DNA of 63,694 bases, the filler included, from Nemertoderma westbladi (lineage: Eukaryota > Animalia > Xenacoelomorpha), in assembly GCA_032718475.1 (NCBI GenBank). It is 3 parts of 3 records of this genome, joined end to end, with 100 filler letters (N's around TTAATTAATTAA, not from the genome) between each part and the next. Parts side by side here need not be neighbours in the genome. Positions count along the whole stretch, not along the records: positions 1 to 31,476 come from JAUCBJ010004917.1; 2 more parts are not named here. One strand, 5' to 3'. The position numbers and the translations under genes were made by a program. Below the pieces are notes generated by a model. It was not told the DNA's origin and did not search any database. It saw only the letters and a program-made list of their open reading frames with translations. Shown here one piece after another: positions 12,094 to 24,619 of this stretch. Within the stretch, counting starts at the first letter, position 1, and every line of letters begins with the position of its first letter.

Positions 12094-12273
12094 ATTTACT
12101 GTAGATAATTATATTATCGTATATTTAAATGTAATGAACGGTACCGTATATTAATTGCAAGGCTTACTCATACACCTACGGTATATCAGGAAGCCCTCTG
12201 TAACAGGTCGCGTTTACCTGTTATCTCTCTACTGTAAGTAAAATATATTTTAAGTAAATTGTTTAAGGATTAT

Positions 12274-12949
12274 TGTTCGCGCTTTCAGACCTTTGGCAGT
12301 TTAACCCACCAAATTAAGATGTCTTCTAGATATTAAATCGGTTTTTAGTCTATGACAAGTATTTGATTCACTACACTAGTCGAAACCAATCTGTGCGCGA
12401 TCATTCACCCGCTGGATATTCCCGGGAGATTGGGTTCGACGGTTTAATTTTATTGCTATGTAAGCCTAATGTATTATTCGACTGACAGTATTATATAATC
12501 TCTGACAATATTATTCACCTTCGGGAATATTAACAGTTCCTTTAGGACGTGGCGCTTTATCTATATAAACAGAGTTATGACTTAAACTACTCACAACGAT
12601 ATGGCTTAATTATAATTCACATATATGGCGCATTCTTTAGGAATTGCTTCTTTAACAGACTCACTCATACACAATGCTGCACAATACTGCACACTAATCT
12701 GCCAATCTTCACTGATTTTAGTCACATATAAAAGGAACACAGACTGACTCATGTAGGGTCTATCAAATAACATTAGATTCACTTCAAACCACTTTAACAT
12801 AAGTCACAATCGTTTATCTGTAACCCTTCTCTCTTACCTTCGGTATATCAAGAATATTGGGTTTCGGGGTTATTTATCGTTATTCCAAATATAATAATTC
12901 ATCAACCATATTATGAAGAACTGACAGTAAATAGCAGTATAAAACAACA
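12274..12949 (-). repeat. Truncated 3' LTR of BEL element 1
   Basis: Direct repeat of 18162-18837. Confidence 0.9.
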
Positions 12950-15911
12950 ATCCAGCAAAGATGTCCTCGGCTAGTTCCCTATCGATGAATGTTCCCGTGC
13001 TGCCGGAGTCCAGGAGGGCGTTCACTATATAGCTCTTCTGAGGTACGTGGACCCGTAACTGGACTACAGGAAATTCTCGGATTCCTATATTGGAAGTTGG
13101 CGCTTTCCAAGATGGTTGTTGATCGGAAGTAGTTAAGGTAAGGTCGCTGTCTGTGTCTTTCTCATGCATGAGTGCTCGATACACTGCGGTGGTGTTTATT
13201 AAGTAACAGGATTCGTTTTCGTCGGAGAACTCGTCTGTATAGAATCCTTCCATCTCAGATTGATCAGTGTCATTCACATCACTGAATTGGACATGTAGTT
13301 CGGACTCACTTACCTGACTCGGGCTGTTTCGTTCGAATTCCGTGTGCAACAAGATATGATGTTTTGCGCCGCACTTTGCACACCTTGCGTCGGAGTAACA
13401 GGTTCGCCGTTGGTGTCCTCGTCTGAGGCAATTATAACACAACCGCTTATCCCACATGACTTCACGTCTATCCTTTAGTGATTTCCTCAGGAATTTATCA
13501 CACGCATTTAAACGGTGGGGCCCGTCGCACAGCACACATTTCGGCTTGATGTTACTTACTTTAACCTGTGCTATGTGGTGCACACTTGTTCTTTCCTCGG
13601 GCTTTCTCACCTGAATTCTTTTAGGAGACGTAGGAAGGGTTTTTTGTACCGGTTCCCTTCTGCCATTGGGTCGAGACTCGGATTTACTTACCTGATCTTT
13701 AGGCATTTTATTGACATAATAAGATCTGTCAGTGTCTTTCCCGCTGTCCTCTCCTTGAGAAGTTTGGCTTTCACCGTCGTCGGTATAACATACTGGTGTT
13801 ACCCTTCTCCTAGAAACGGGTTTCTCACTTACCTTGTTTTCCAATGTCTTCTCTCTGGACTGCCTTAGGAGCTGTAATTTCATTTCTCCATCTAAGAATG
13901 ACATGAGATCAGCCATGGTAGGGTCTCGTCGTTGTTGTTCCATCATATATAACACTTTCTTATCCCAGCGTGTACCTACTCCACCCTTCGGTAAAGTAGA
14001 AGCCACTGCTCTAATAACCATAGCACTCTGATACTCATGAGACTTACCTAGCCAATCTAATTGTCTGCAGATCTCCTGAATTTCATCGGAAAACTCTATA
14101 ATCCCGCTGCTAATAAACTTTCGGGGCGCTACCAACTTTGCATACAAATACCCAGCTATGTTATTCCTATTACCATACCTGATGTTTAGTGTATCCCAAA
14201 CTTGTCTTAATCCGTCTGGATGTCCAATAAACCTTAACGCCATTAACTTGGGAGATCCTTCCAAGCACTCGATGAGGTATCTAAGTTTTTCTCCATTAGA
14301 TAGTACAGAGTTCTGTATGTTATCTTTGTAATATTCATTAAAAGGTAACCATTTCATCTCATCTCCATTGAACTTGACGATCTCTCCCACCTTTACCGCT
14401 TGCCGGGCTTCGGTTCTAGCCATTTGACGCGTAAAACTTTCTTGGGCCATCGTGTTATTTAATATCGAGTTATCGGTATATAAATTTCTCGGATTATGAT
14501 CAGTTCTATGTGGAATATCATTATCAACAGGTCTATAATTACCCTTAATAGGGTTCACTATAGGAGTTTCTACTTCGCTAGCAGTATATATGCGTGTAGG
14601 TTCCACACCTTGCGCATGCGATACTTCAGACCTAACAGGTTGACACATTGTTACAGAGGGTGGTGGTATACCTCTTTGAGTATTTACTAATTTATCGCGT
14701 TCTAGCGCGATACTTTGCTGCACTTCTTGCAACTCTAGCCTACTTTCCCTTACTGTGCCCTTGAATTGCTGGACAGTATCCTGCATCTGCCCGAGCAGGA
14801 TATCCATCCTCCGCCGTCCCTCGTCCACCCATTCGACCGCCGAAGCGGGAGTCGCCAACGTTGTAGCGGGCGGACGATGGACAACGGGCGACATATTATG
14901 AATATTTCGCTCGGGATCCAGGACCTGAACTGTCTCTGGGGCAGTTCTACGGGGCACAGGTAGCTTAGTGCTATGCAGAGGGAATTTAGAGGTAACTTCA
15001 GGGAGCACAGGTGTGTCTATCAACGAAGGGGTGATTTCAAGAACAGGCCTAATTATTTCAGGCTCATCTACTATAGTAGGGAGTCTTTCTATTTTAATTA
15101 TTTGGTCTGTGGGGTCTGTACTACCTAAGTTGGTGTTATTTAGTTGCCTTCTAACAGCTGGAGGCAAATCAGGCAATTTCTGACGGTGGAATGTTCTTTT
15201 ACGTCTGCTTAGACGAGATCTATTTCCTTTGCCTTCAGTATCGGTGGTATCGCCTTCCTCAGATGATGTATATCCCTGTCTTTTGGGAGTAGATCGATTC
15301 ATCATCTGCATATTACTAGCTGTTAACTGTTTGCTGAAGTCGTCTTGCTTCTCCTGAAGATTTTCCAACTCCAGTTGGGCGATCTCTTCAGCCGCTCTCC
15401 GTTCTGCTTCCGCCACCGCTGCCGCTTTTGCCTCTGCCGCTGCCGCTTTTGCCTCTGCTTTTGCTTCTGCTGCTGCCGCTGTTGCCTTTGCCTCTGCTGC
15501 TGCCGCTGTCGCCTTTGCCTCTGCTTCTGCTGCTGCCGCTTTTGCCTCTGCCGCTGCTTCTGCCAAGGTCGCTTTTCTTTCCGCCTCTGCCACTGCTGCT
15601 ATCTTTCTGTCTTCTATACGTTTTTTCCTTACTTGTTCTTCTTGGACTCTGGTGATGCGGAGTTGTTCATCAAATTTAGCCTGGTTCGCAGCCCTCATTT
15701 CCACATCGATGGCATCCAACACAAGCTTGGTTCCTTCACTATTAGGGCTAAGTCCCTCTAACCTTCTCCTCAACTCGTCATTACCTAAAAAACGTTGATA
15801 GTCTGACAGATAGATGTCAATGGCATCCCTCTTATGCGGTTTCTCTGCTGTCACTTCGCTCTCGGTTGTATCTAATAGACTGTCTGACAGGTTCTGCTTT
15901 GCGTCAGACAT
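12870..15911 (-). CDS. BEL/Pao Gag plus N-terminal part of aspartic protease (1013 aa, uninterrupted, reads into the LTR)
   Basis: DUF1759-like KFNGDEMKWLPF...GEKLRYLIECLEG; three BEL knuckles CVLCDGPHRLNAC, CYNCLRRGHQRRTC and CAKCGAKHHILLH; protease ALLDSGSTGTFI; N-terminal AEAKAAAA repeats. Confidence 0.9.
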   Translation of the reverse strand: MSDAKQNLSDSLLDTTESEVTAEKPHKRDAIDIYLSDYQRFLGNDELRRRLEGLSPNSEGTKLVLDAIDVEMRAANQAKFDEQLRITRVQEEQVRKKRIEDRKIAAVAEAERKATLAEAAAEAKAAAAEAEAKATAAAAEAKATAAAAEAKAEAKAAAAEAKAAAVAEAERRAAEEIAQLELENLQEKQDDFSKQLTASNMQMMNRSTPKRQGYTSSEEGDTTDTEGKGNRSRLSRRKRTFHRQKLPDLPPAVRRQLNNTNLGSTDPTDQIIKIERLPTIVDEPEIIRPVLEITPSLIDTPVLPEVTSKFPLHSTKLPVPRRTAPETVQVLDPERNIHNMSPVVHRPPATTLATPASAVEWVDEGRRRMDILLGQMQDTVQQFKGTVRESRLELQEVQQSIALERDKLVNTQRGIPPPSVTMCQPVRSEVSHAQGVEPTRIYTASEVETPIVNPIKGNYRPVDNDIPHRTDHNPRNLYTDNSILNNTMAQESFTRQMARTEARQAVKVGEIVKFNGDEMKWLPFNEYYKDNIQNSVLSNGEKLRYLIECLEGSPKLMALRFIGHPDGLRQVWDTLNIRYGNRNNIAGYLYAKLVAPRKFISSGIIEFSDEIQEICRQLDWLGKSHEYQSAMVIRAVASTLPKGGVGTRWDKKVLYMMEQQRRDPTMADLMSFLDGEMKLQLLRQSREKTLENKVSEKPVSRRRVTPVCYTDDGESQTSQGEDSGKDTDRSYYVNKMPKDQVSKSESRPNGRREPVQKTLPTSPKRIQVRKPEERTSVHHIAQVKVSNIKPKCVLCDGPHRLNACDKFLRKSLKDRREVMWDKRLCYNCLRRGHQRRTCYSDARCAKCGAKHHILLHTEFERNSPSQVSESELHVQFSDVNDTDQSEMEGFYTDEFSDENESCYLINTTAVYRALMHEKDTDSDLTLTTSDQQPSWKAPTSNIGIREFPVVQLRVHVPQKSYIVNALLDSGSTGTFIDRELAEDIFAGLLFYTAIYCQFFIIWLMNYYIWNNDK

Positions 15912-17274
15912 GCTTATGTGTACAGTTGAATGTCTACTGCTGTATTACAGTCTGAGCAAGTCTAGTAACTCAGTATTAACTGCTAGCCTAGTAATTAATT
16001 ACCGGTACTGCTACTCAGTGTAGCGTGATATATAATATATTAGAATACCGGTATGCTTATAGTATATATAACTATTATTACAGACTAGGTTTATCACCGA
16101 ATACCGGTATAATTTTAGCACAAATATATATAAATATATAATAGGCCTATCGGGAATACCGGTATACAGTTTACAGTTTGTAGTATATATAATTCTGGAC
16201 TAGAATTAATTATAAGTACCGGTATAATTTCAGCCTAAATTTATAGAAATAAAGATAATAGGCCTATCGTAAATACCGGTATATCAATTATTTTAAATAA
16301 TTGAATTTCTGTATTTTAGGGTTACTTGATTACTTTACTTACTTTACTACCGTTATTTGAGCAGTAATCCAACTGATATTGAGACCTAATGGTTGTATGG
16401 CAGGCCTACTATTTATAAATCGTTTGAGTTGATTTATAATATATATATACCCGTTTTAATGGGTTTTGTCAATGTTGAAATAAATGTTATTATTTCTGGG
16501 GGGTAATCACTACACAAAGCGGTGCGCTTTCAATGAAGTGTTACTTATAAGACACTAAAACAAATAATTCTAATTTACCTAAGTTACTTAATACTACAAA
16601 TTACGTACAATTCGGGTGAGATTACAATCTCTAAATAAACACAAAAATTTACAAAAAACACAAAATACGAATTTTTAGGGTAATTTTACAAGAAGTCTAC
16701 TAACCAGCCTAACAAAGGGTTAGAAACTGGTTATTACAACGGACAGGGTACTAGGGTATTTGAAATAATAAGTAGTAGTAAATACACTGCGTTGTCCAGA
16801 TAGGAAAATACCACCGCCTGACGACCTATAGCTGTATCGCTATAGGTTCTACGTTATGTATCACGGATTGTTCCTACCTAGAAGTTAATAGAGCTAATCG
16901 AACGTGCCTATTAACCACTTTACAACACAAATATAATGCCTACACTAATTACTCTCGGAAAGCACTGTACACTAAACCCTAAATTAGGTACGAGTACTTG
17001 TACAACATATAATCAGTAGTTAAATATACTTGAACAGCTAAAAGAACCACGGCATCTGCTGGAGTGACCGATGCACAAAATCACCAGTCTTTACCTACGC
17101 CGAGCAGCCCGTGTAGTACCGGGGTTAATTTATCTATAGCGGTATGTATAACAAACACAATTACTGTAGGAACAAACTTGGGGAATGAATGTTGCGGATA
17201 ATCGCATAAACTCTGAATAATAAATATTACGCTACGCGTACAAACTACTCAAACAAAATGCAGACCGAACACTG

Positions 17275-17790
17275 ACAGACTACTATCAAGCCTAAACAAA
17301 CTACAGGACATGCAGACTCCGAAATGATTAGGGAGTATGCGTTCTAACCCAGTAGTACGACTTATTCTTTAGTTGGGGGTTTACCTTACAGCGTTCGCTG
17401 CCCCTACTTCCTAACCGTACTTAATCGGACAAGTGATCTACACACACTGCAATCCGTTCAGACCTAATAACAGCCAGACAACTATCCAGCCTACAAATTA
17501 TCTAAATAAAATTATACGCTACCCGTACAGACTTACACAAACAAAGTACAGACTAAACGATGACAGACTACTCTCAAGCCTAAATAAACTACAGGACATG
17601 CAGACTCCGAAATGATTAGGGAGTATGCGTTCTAACCCAGTAGTACGACTTATTCTTTAGTTGGGGGTTTACCTTACAGCATTCGCTGCCCCTACTTCCT
17701 AACCGTACTTAATCGGACAGGTGATCTACACACACTGCAATCCGTTCAGACTTAACAGCAATCAGACAACAGCTCAGCCTACAAATTGTC
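17275..17790. repeat. Direct repeat of about 225 bp (offset 288) in the 5' UTR of BEL element 1
   Basis: CAGACTACT.TCAAGCCTAAA...GACTCCGAAATGATTAGGGAG...CCTACAAATT occurs twice. Confidence 0.9.
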
Positions 17791-18161
17791 TGTACAATCT
17801 GATCAGGCTTACACGCCTTCTGTTCAATACTGGCCTACAAACAAATAAAACTTGACAGAAATAAGTAAAAATCTCAATAAAAAACCAGGGCTGCAGTCCC
17901 TGATTAATTATTAAGGCCTACCGGTATATAACTATCAAAATCGAATAATACTAATGTACTTATACGGGAAGTACCGGTTAGGACAGTTAGGCCTACGGAC
18001 CTACAGAAGTACCGGTTCTTGCAGTTGGACCTACGGACCTAAGGCAGTACCGGTTCTGGCAGTTGGGCCTACTGACCTACAGATGTACCGGTTCAGGTTT
18101 ACCGGTTGACCGGTACTTTCAACTTTATTGCTTACTGCAATAAAGAAGCTATAGCCTTTAA

Positions 18162-19369
18162 TGTTCGCGCTTTCAGACCTTTGGCAGTTTAACCCACCAA
18201 ATTAAGATGTCTTCTAGATATTAAATCGGTTTTTAGTCTATGACAAGTATTTGATTCACTACACTAGTCGAAACCAATCTGTGCGCGATCATTCACCCGC
18301 TGGATATTCCCGGGAGATTGGGTTCGACGGTTTAATTTTATTGCTATGTAAGCCTAATGTATTATTCGACTGACAGTATTATATAATCTCTGACAATATT
18401 ATTCACCTTCGGGAATATTAACAGTTCCTTTAGGACGTGGCGCTTTATCTATATAAACAGAGTTATGACTTAAACTACTCACAACGATATGGCTTAATTA
18501 TAATTCACATATATGGCGCATTCTTTAGGAATTGCTTCTTTAACAGACTCACTCATACACAATGCTGCACAATACTGCACACTAATCTGCCAATCTTCAC
18601 TGATTTTAGTCACATATAAAAGGAACACAGACTGACTCATGTAGGGTCTATCAAATAACATTAGATTCACTTCAAACCACTTTAACATAAGTCACAATCG
18701 TTTATCTGTAACCCTTCTCTCTTACCTTCGGTATATCAAGAATATTGGGTTTCGGGGTTATTTATCGTTATTCCAAATATAATAATTCATCAACCATATT
18801 ATGAAGAACTGACAGTAAATAGCAGTATAAAACAACAACTGAACACTGATTGTTATGAGTTTGCAATGTTTCAGCAGTCAGTATGTATGATCAGTTAGCA
18901 GCGATTAAAAGCCAGGTTAAAGGATATATGTCCTTATAATTAAACCTACTAGTGTAAGACTAAAAACTGAAAACACGGAGGTGCCAAAAGCCGGTTCTTA
19001 GGCTCTGGGCAAAAACATAACACTGAACTACTGAGTTTCTGTATATACCTCCAACACAGAGACAACAAACGCTCTGATTGGTCAACCTGAACAACGAGAG
19101 AACAAAGAAACAAAGAAACGTCGACGTGGCAATATCAGCTGCTAGCCGTCGTCATGGTAGCGACACTGTTTTCAAGAGTATCGAGCTTTTACGTCACGGA
19201 ATTACGGATTATGTCCTCTAAAGTACAAATACAGAAGAAATAGCTTTTATGTCCGCTAAAACACCAGTACAGCAAGGACACGGCCTTTTTATGCCTGGTA
19301 AACCAACTACAGAGTATTTTACGGGAAAATAAGGAAAAATAACCGGACAATTCAGCAAAAGCTTTTACA
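18162..19369 (-). repeat. Complete 5' LTR of BEL element 1 (1208 bp)
   Basis: Minus strand TGTAAAAGC...GCGAACA; bounded by the ATTAT TSD. Confidence 0.85.
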
Positions 19370-19741
19370 ATTATGGTCCTGAGTTCGCAAAATGTGATTA
19401 TATAATAATCGACTTTTCTAAAATTCCCCCAATCTGGATAAATCCCGCCTTGATAGTCCCCATCTGAATAACCCACTCCGTTTGCCATTGGGTATTCCCA
19501 TTACCCTGTTACGTAAGTATAGCTAGCTATACATACATTAATCTTTCGTCATAATACATAATTTATTTCCCCTTTTAGGGGAGAGAGTTGGGTTTATTCA
19601 ACAATATCCCCTTGATTATTGCTAAATAGCCTATCAAATAATGACGTCAATACGCTAATCTGATATAAGATTTATACACAAAACCTGCCCATCTGTGTCT
19701 ATTTAGTATTTTATTGCCAACACTACAGTACATACTGTATA

Positions 19742-20666
19742 CACCATGTCCCAGAATATAGTGTCGTAATTCAGTGACACGATCCCCCCCCCCCCCCCCC
19801 CCCCCCCCTAATTTATCTACAAATCTTAATGAGATTGCATGAAATTTGAAACAGAGATAGTTTCACCTCCCGACCACTGACACTGCCAGAAGTTTTATTT
19901 TTTCTTTCAATCTTTAGATACAAGCGTTTAAAAAAGTGTCTCCACGATATTACACCAGTTACACCTCATATCAGTAATTCTTCTTCTACCTTATAGCTGT
20001 TTGTTGGTACCAATGGAAAGCTGGCCCTGAAAGGATTTCAAATATGTAAAACAATTTGAATTTCGTTGTAAAATAGCTAAGATATGGACGTTCAAATGTT
20101 GCATGGTTATGCACCTGCGCGAGGCTATTTTTTTCTATTTAATAAATGCATCATAATCTGGAACATTTTGTTTATTCAAATACGTAGCTGGGCAACAATG
20201 CATTACATCTTTAATCATACTATTACGTAGCTATTCATACATTTAAAAAATGTTCCAGAATATGGTTTATTTATTAAAAGAATAAAATAGCCTCGCGTCG
20301 TTGCAAAACCATGCAACATTTGAACGCTCATATCTCAGCTATTTTTCAACGAAATTCAAATTGTGTTACATATTTGGAATCCTTGCATGGCCAGTTTTCC
20401 ATTGGTACCAACAAACAGCTTTAAGGTATAAAAATAACTGCGGTTTAACTGGTGAAATATTGCTGGAGACACTTTTTTTAAACGCTTGTAGCTAAAGATT
20501 GAAAGCAAAAATAAAAATTCTGGCTCACCCAGTCAGTGGTCGGGAGGTGAAACTATAGCTGTTTCAAATTTCATGCAATCTCATTAAGATTTGTAGAAAA
20601 ATTAGGGGGGGGGGGGGGGGGGGCGGCGTGTCACTGAATTATGACAATATGTTCTGGGACATGGTG
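19742..20666. mobile_element. Tc1/mariner-type MITE with very long TIRs (near-palindromic)
   Basis: TA|CACCATGTCCCAGAATAT... and ...ATATGTTCTGGGACATGGTG|TA; roughly 400-bp inverted arms. Confidence 0.85.
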
Positions 20667-20944
20667 TATTCGAACAATATGTACAGTACAGTATTTTAGT
20701 AATTGGAGTACTGTACACTAAACTGTACACTAAGATCTTTTACTGTACAGTAGCTTAAATCGTAGACAAAATCAAACAATTAAACTGCTGTAGACTTGTC
20801 CCTGTGACGAAACGAATCCCATTACCACATAGTCCAAGATGCGCCAAATTCACGCCAAGCTTTAGTCAGTGAAAGGTCTCGGGACTCAGCATAGTTCATT
20901 AAAAATTCAAATTGGTTGATTCATAAAATATACATTCACTTACT

Positions 20945-21048
20945 ACGTACTTAGGCCTATCAATGCCTATCGAGCTCCGGACAGTGGAAATGAGATCCTT
21001 CCAGGTTTCCCGATTCTCCATACAGTAGTTGTCGCAATTTCGTTTCTC
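20945..21048 (-). mobile_element. Short 3' fragment of RTE-like LINE family B
   Basis: Reverse complement of 26820-26900. Confidence 0.7.
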
Positions 21049-21050
21049 CT

Positions 21051-21777
21051 TAAGAATAAAGTTGCTCAACTTTTACGGCAACTTGAAAGAATTTGCGTTG
21101 GCGAATTAAAGCGGGATAATCAAATTAAATTATCAAAAACTAGATCGTAGATAAAATGACCCACTATTTTAATTTTACAGTCAAACTAGCCAAGTTGCTC
21201 AAAAAGTTGCCGGACAAGTTGCTGGTAAAGTTGCCACGTGTAAACAACCATTAAATTAAGTTGCTCCAAAAAAAGTTGCTAGTTGCCGAGAAAGTTGCTC
21301 TAAAAGTTGCCACGTGTAAACAGGCCTAGTTTGACTGTAAAATAGTGGGTGATTTTATCTTATCTACTAGCTAATTTTCGATAATTTAATTTGATTATCC
21401 CGCTTTAATTCGCCAACGCAAATTCCTTCAAGTTGCCGTAAAAGTTGAGCAACTTTTACAGCAACTTTTTTACGTGTTTACACGGAGCAACTTGATCGGC
21501 AACCTGGGTTGCTCTACAAGTTGCCGAGAAAGTTTCTCTAAAAGTTGCCACGTGTAAACAGGCCTTTAGGCCTGTTTACACGTGGCAACTTTTATAGCAA
21601 TTTTCTCGGCAACTAGCAACTGTTTTTGGAGCAACTTAATTTAATCGCTGTTTACACGTGGCAACTTTACCAGCAACTTTACCAGCAACTTGGCCGGCAA
21701 CTTTTTGAGCAACTTGGCTAGTTTGACTGTAAAATAGTGGGTGATTTTATCTACTACTGTAGCTAGTTTTTGATAAT
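21051..21777. mobile_element. Cluster of three partial copies of a Harbinger-like MITE in mixed orientation
   Basis: TIR GGCCTGTTTACACGTGGCAACTTTT, many AAGTTGC subrepeats, TIR-to-TIR junction ACAGGCCTTTAGGCCTGT at about 21558-21575. Confidence 0.7.
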
Positions 21778-23290
21778 GACTGAGGTCTTTAAAATACCTG
21801 AGTGTTTAAAGCTCATCTATCCCATCATAGTAGACATGTACCGAACAACAAGAGTCACACAAGAAATGAAAACAAATAAGTTGGTGCCAGTTCCCAAGAA
21901 GGGCAACCTAACACTCTATGGTTCTTTTCGGGGAATCTCATTGATCTCGACTGCTGCAAAGCTATACAATAGAATTATATTAAATCGCATCAGGGATCCC
22001 ATTGAGAGACTGCTCCGTGGAAATCAGAATGGGTTCCGTAAAGGTCGTGGGACCATGGAGCCCATTTTGGCACTTAGAAGGATAATTGAAGAGTTATCAA
22101 AAAAGAAAGACATGCATCTGGCTGTTATCTTTGTCGACTTCTTCAAGGCCTTTGATTCAGTCTCTCGCTCACGTATGTTTAGCATACTTTCATTATATGG
22201 GATTCCTGATGAAATTATTGCTGCAATCAGATCAGTATATGATGGTTCGACAACATTTGTGTCTACTGTTGACGGTGACACAGAACCATTTGAAGTGTTA
22301 TGGGGCGTCCTTTAGGGAGACACACTTGCACCATTCTTGTTCATAATTGTGGTTGACTATGTTCTACGCATGTCCTTAGATCATCATAATGATGATGGGG
22401 TGATGATAACTCCACCTACTGGCTCCAGAAGTCGAGGAAATCCTGCCAAGTAACTAACTGATCTAGACTTTGCTAATGACTTAGGAGTACTCTCAGAATA
22501 ACTAGAGGGAGCCCAACGGCTCCTCGGCTCATTAGAACATGCTGCTTCTAGTGTTGGTCTTTTTATTAACCCCAGAAAGACCAAAATGTTGACAGTTAAC
22601 TTTGAAAGTCCTCCGCAAGTCTCTGATCGGATGAGCATAAGCTCAAAGGATGGTATGCTTGAGCATGTGGACGACTTCTGTTACCTGGGATCATGGATCC
22701 GGAAATCAGGTGAGGACCTTCGAATACGTAAGGTAAAGGCATGGGCAGCCTTGAATAGGCTTTCCAGGATTTGGAAGTCACCGAGAATTAATCGGAAACT
22801 TAAGGTCCGATTATTTATAGCAGCAGTAGTTCCAGTACTCCTCTATGGGAGTCCATGCTGGGCTCTAACTGCTGAGGACACCAAATCTCTGGATGGCACA
22901 TTCACAAGAATGCTACGCCGGGTTCATTGTGTCAAGTTCAATGCACACATCTCCAACCAGACACTATATAACTTTGGAGGTATCTCATTGGTTCCCCCAA
23001 GCTTGACACTAGAACAAAATCGCCTCCGCTTTGCAGGACATTGCTTTCGCCGTGAGGACCAGCCAGTGCATAATCTTGTACTTTGGCAGCCTCATGAAGT
23101 AAATAATCATGGTGGACAGCCCATGACTTTCTTGAGACGCATCTTAAAGGACACAGGCCTTGAAGATGTGAATGATCTAGCAAATGTCATGGGTGATAGG
23201 GAGTTGTGGCGGCGCAATTATGTCGACAAGCCGTCACAGCATTCTTATAAATGCAGCTGCAATGCAGCATGCCGATCCTAGTAGTAGTTG
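21778..23290 (+). mobile_element. 5'-truncated RTE-like non-LTR retrotransposon, family A (RT pseudogene)
   Basis: PVPKKGN...FRGISL, NQNGFRKGR, FVDFFKAFDSV, GVL*GDTLAPFLF, DFAND, YLGSW, RLRFAGHC; in-frame stops; (TAG)n tail. Confidence 0.92.
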
Positions 23291-24446
23291 TACTCGGGAG
23301 TCATTTCAAGAGGGAGTTATCTCAGCCCTGTACACCGGTCGTCCAAGGCTACACTTTAGGCTACACTATGGTCGTCTTGTGTAGCAACCATCAATTCGTT
23401 ATTCACGTGATTTCGTCAGAGTCCAGGTCTCATCCCCGTATAAAAGTACACTTTCCACTTTAAATAACTTAGTCTTCAGGTGCCTAGAGAGATCTGATTT
23501 CCAGATTGTATCCATTTTTGATAGAGCTACCCATGCCTTTGCTTTCCTAACTTCTATGTCCTTTTTGCTACTCTCTATCCATGATCCAAGGTACTGGAAG
23601 TCGACAACCTTCCTTAGTTAAATATTATCAATTGTTGTTAAGTTTCCATCATCTTTAAAATTGAAAAGTCCTGAATTCGTTCTTGGTAGCATTTATATGC
23701 AATCCAAACTCTTTAGCAGCCCTCTCCACTTTATTCAGTATAGGCTGTGCATCTGCTAGCGTATTTGAGAACCGGGCGATGTCATCCGCAAAGTCGATGT
23801 CTGTGACTGTAGGTGCCGGATATCAACTACTTATGCGTTCTTGTAGTGTGATTCACCCTTTTGTAGGCGTCCTCATTGCGTAATCCTTTACAATTACAAA
23901 TAGTAATGGTGCTAATGTGTCACCTTGCAGTACGCCAGACAGGATTGATAAGAACTCAGTTTCATAATCTGGTGGGAGTACCTGAGCTGTGTCACAATAT
24001 AAATATCCAATGCCAGCGACAATTACTTCTGGTATTCCATAAGCTCTTAGGATTTCAAGCATTTTACCTCTATGGACGGAGCCGAATGCCTTCTTGAAGT
24101 CCACAAAAGTCATGACTGCGGGGAGATTCTTTGACTTAATGCCTTCAACCAGCCTCCGGAGCGCTAGTATCTGAGATATTGTTGATCTATTTGGTCGAAA
24201 TCCGTTTTGGCTCTTATGCAGTAGTTTCTCTATGTGAGGCCTAATTCTATATAGAATCATTTCATTGTATATTTTGGCAGCTACCATAAGCAGACAGATC
24301 CCACGATAGTATGTTGGTACACCGAGGTCTCCTTTCTTGGGGACAGACTTTAGTTGACTTTTAGTCCAAATTGGTGGTGGCTTTTCCCTTTTCAGCATCC
24401 GGGGCAATGGTATGTTCAGTACTCCTATTTTCCATACCTTTGCAGG
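23290..24446 (-). mobile_element. RTE-like LINE family B, internally deleted copy
   Basis: PKKGDLG...YRGICL, QNGFRPNRST, FVDFKKAF, GVLQGDTLAPLLF; close inverted match to 25490-26800. Confidence 0.88.
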
Positions 24447-24619
24447 TGGTCTCCCTTCTGTGAATGAGGTCACCACCTGGACGTCATTGTCGACTTCACA
24501 AAGGTGTGCCAAGTGCCAAACGATAGTTTAAATAATATGAAACCAATCATTCACTCAAAAACACCAATAATAAATTATAAAAAAATTCCGTTCGGATTTC
24601 TATATTATGGCTGTATAAC

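Larger units (their letters stand above)
12274..19369 (-). mobile_element. BEL/Pao LTR retrotransposon, deletion derivative lacking pol, PPT and part of the 3' LTR
   Basis: TG...CA termini with ATTAT TSD (12269-12273 and 19370-19374). 5' LTR 18162-19369; partial 3' LTR 12274-12949 appears identical at offset 5888; BEL-type gag-protease inside. Confidence 0.9.

Noticed and set aside
15345-15761. Cys-rich and Leu/Pro-rich plus-strand ORFs
   Set aside because: Antisense to the GCA/GAG repeat region of Gag.
18838-18842. 18837 as the outer end of BEL element 1
   Set aside because: No TSD there. TG...CA with the matching ATTAT TSD occurs at 19369, so the left LTR is the truncated one.
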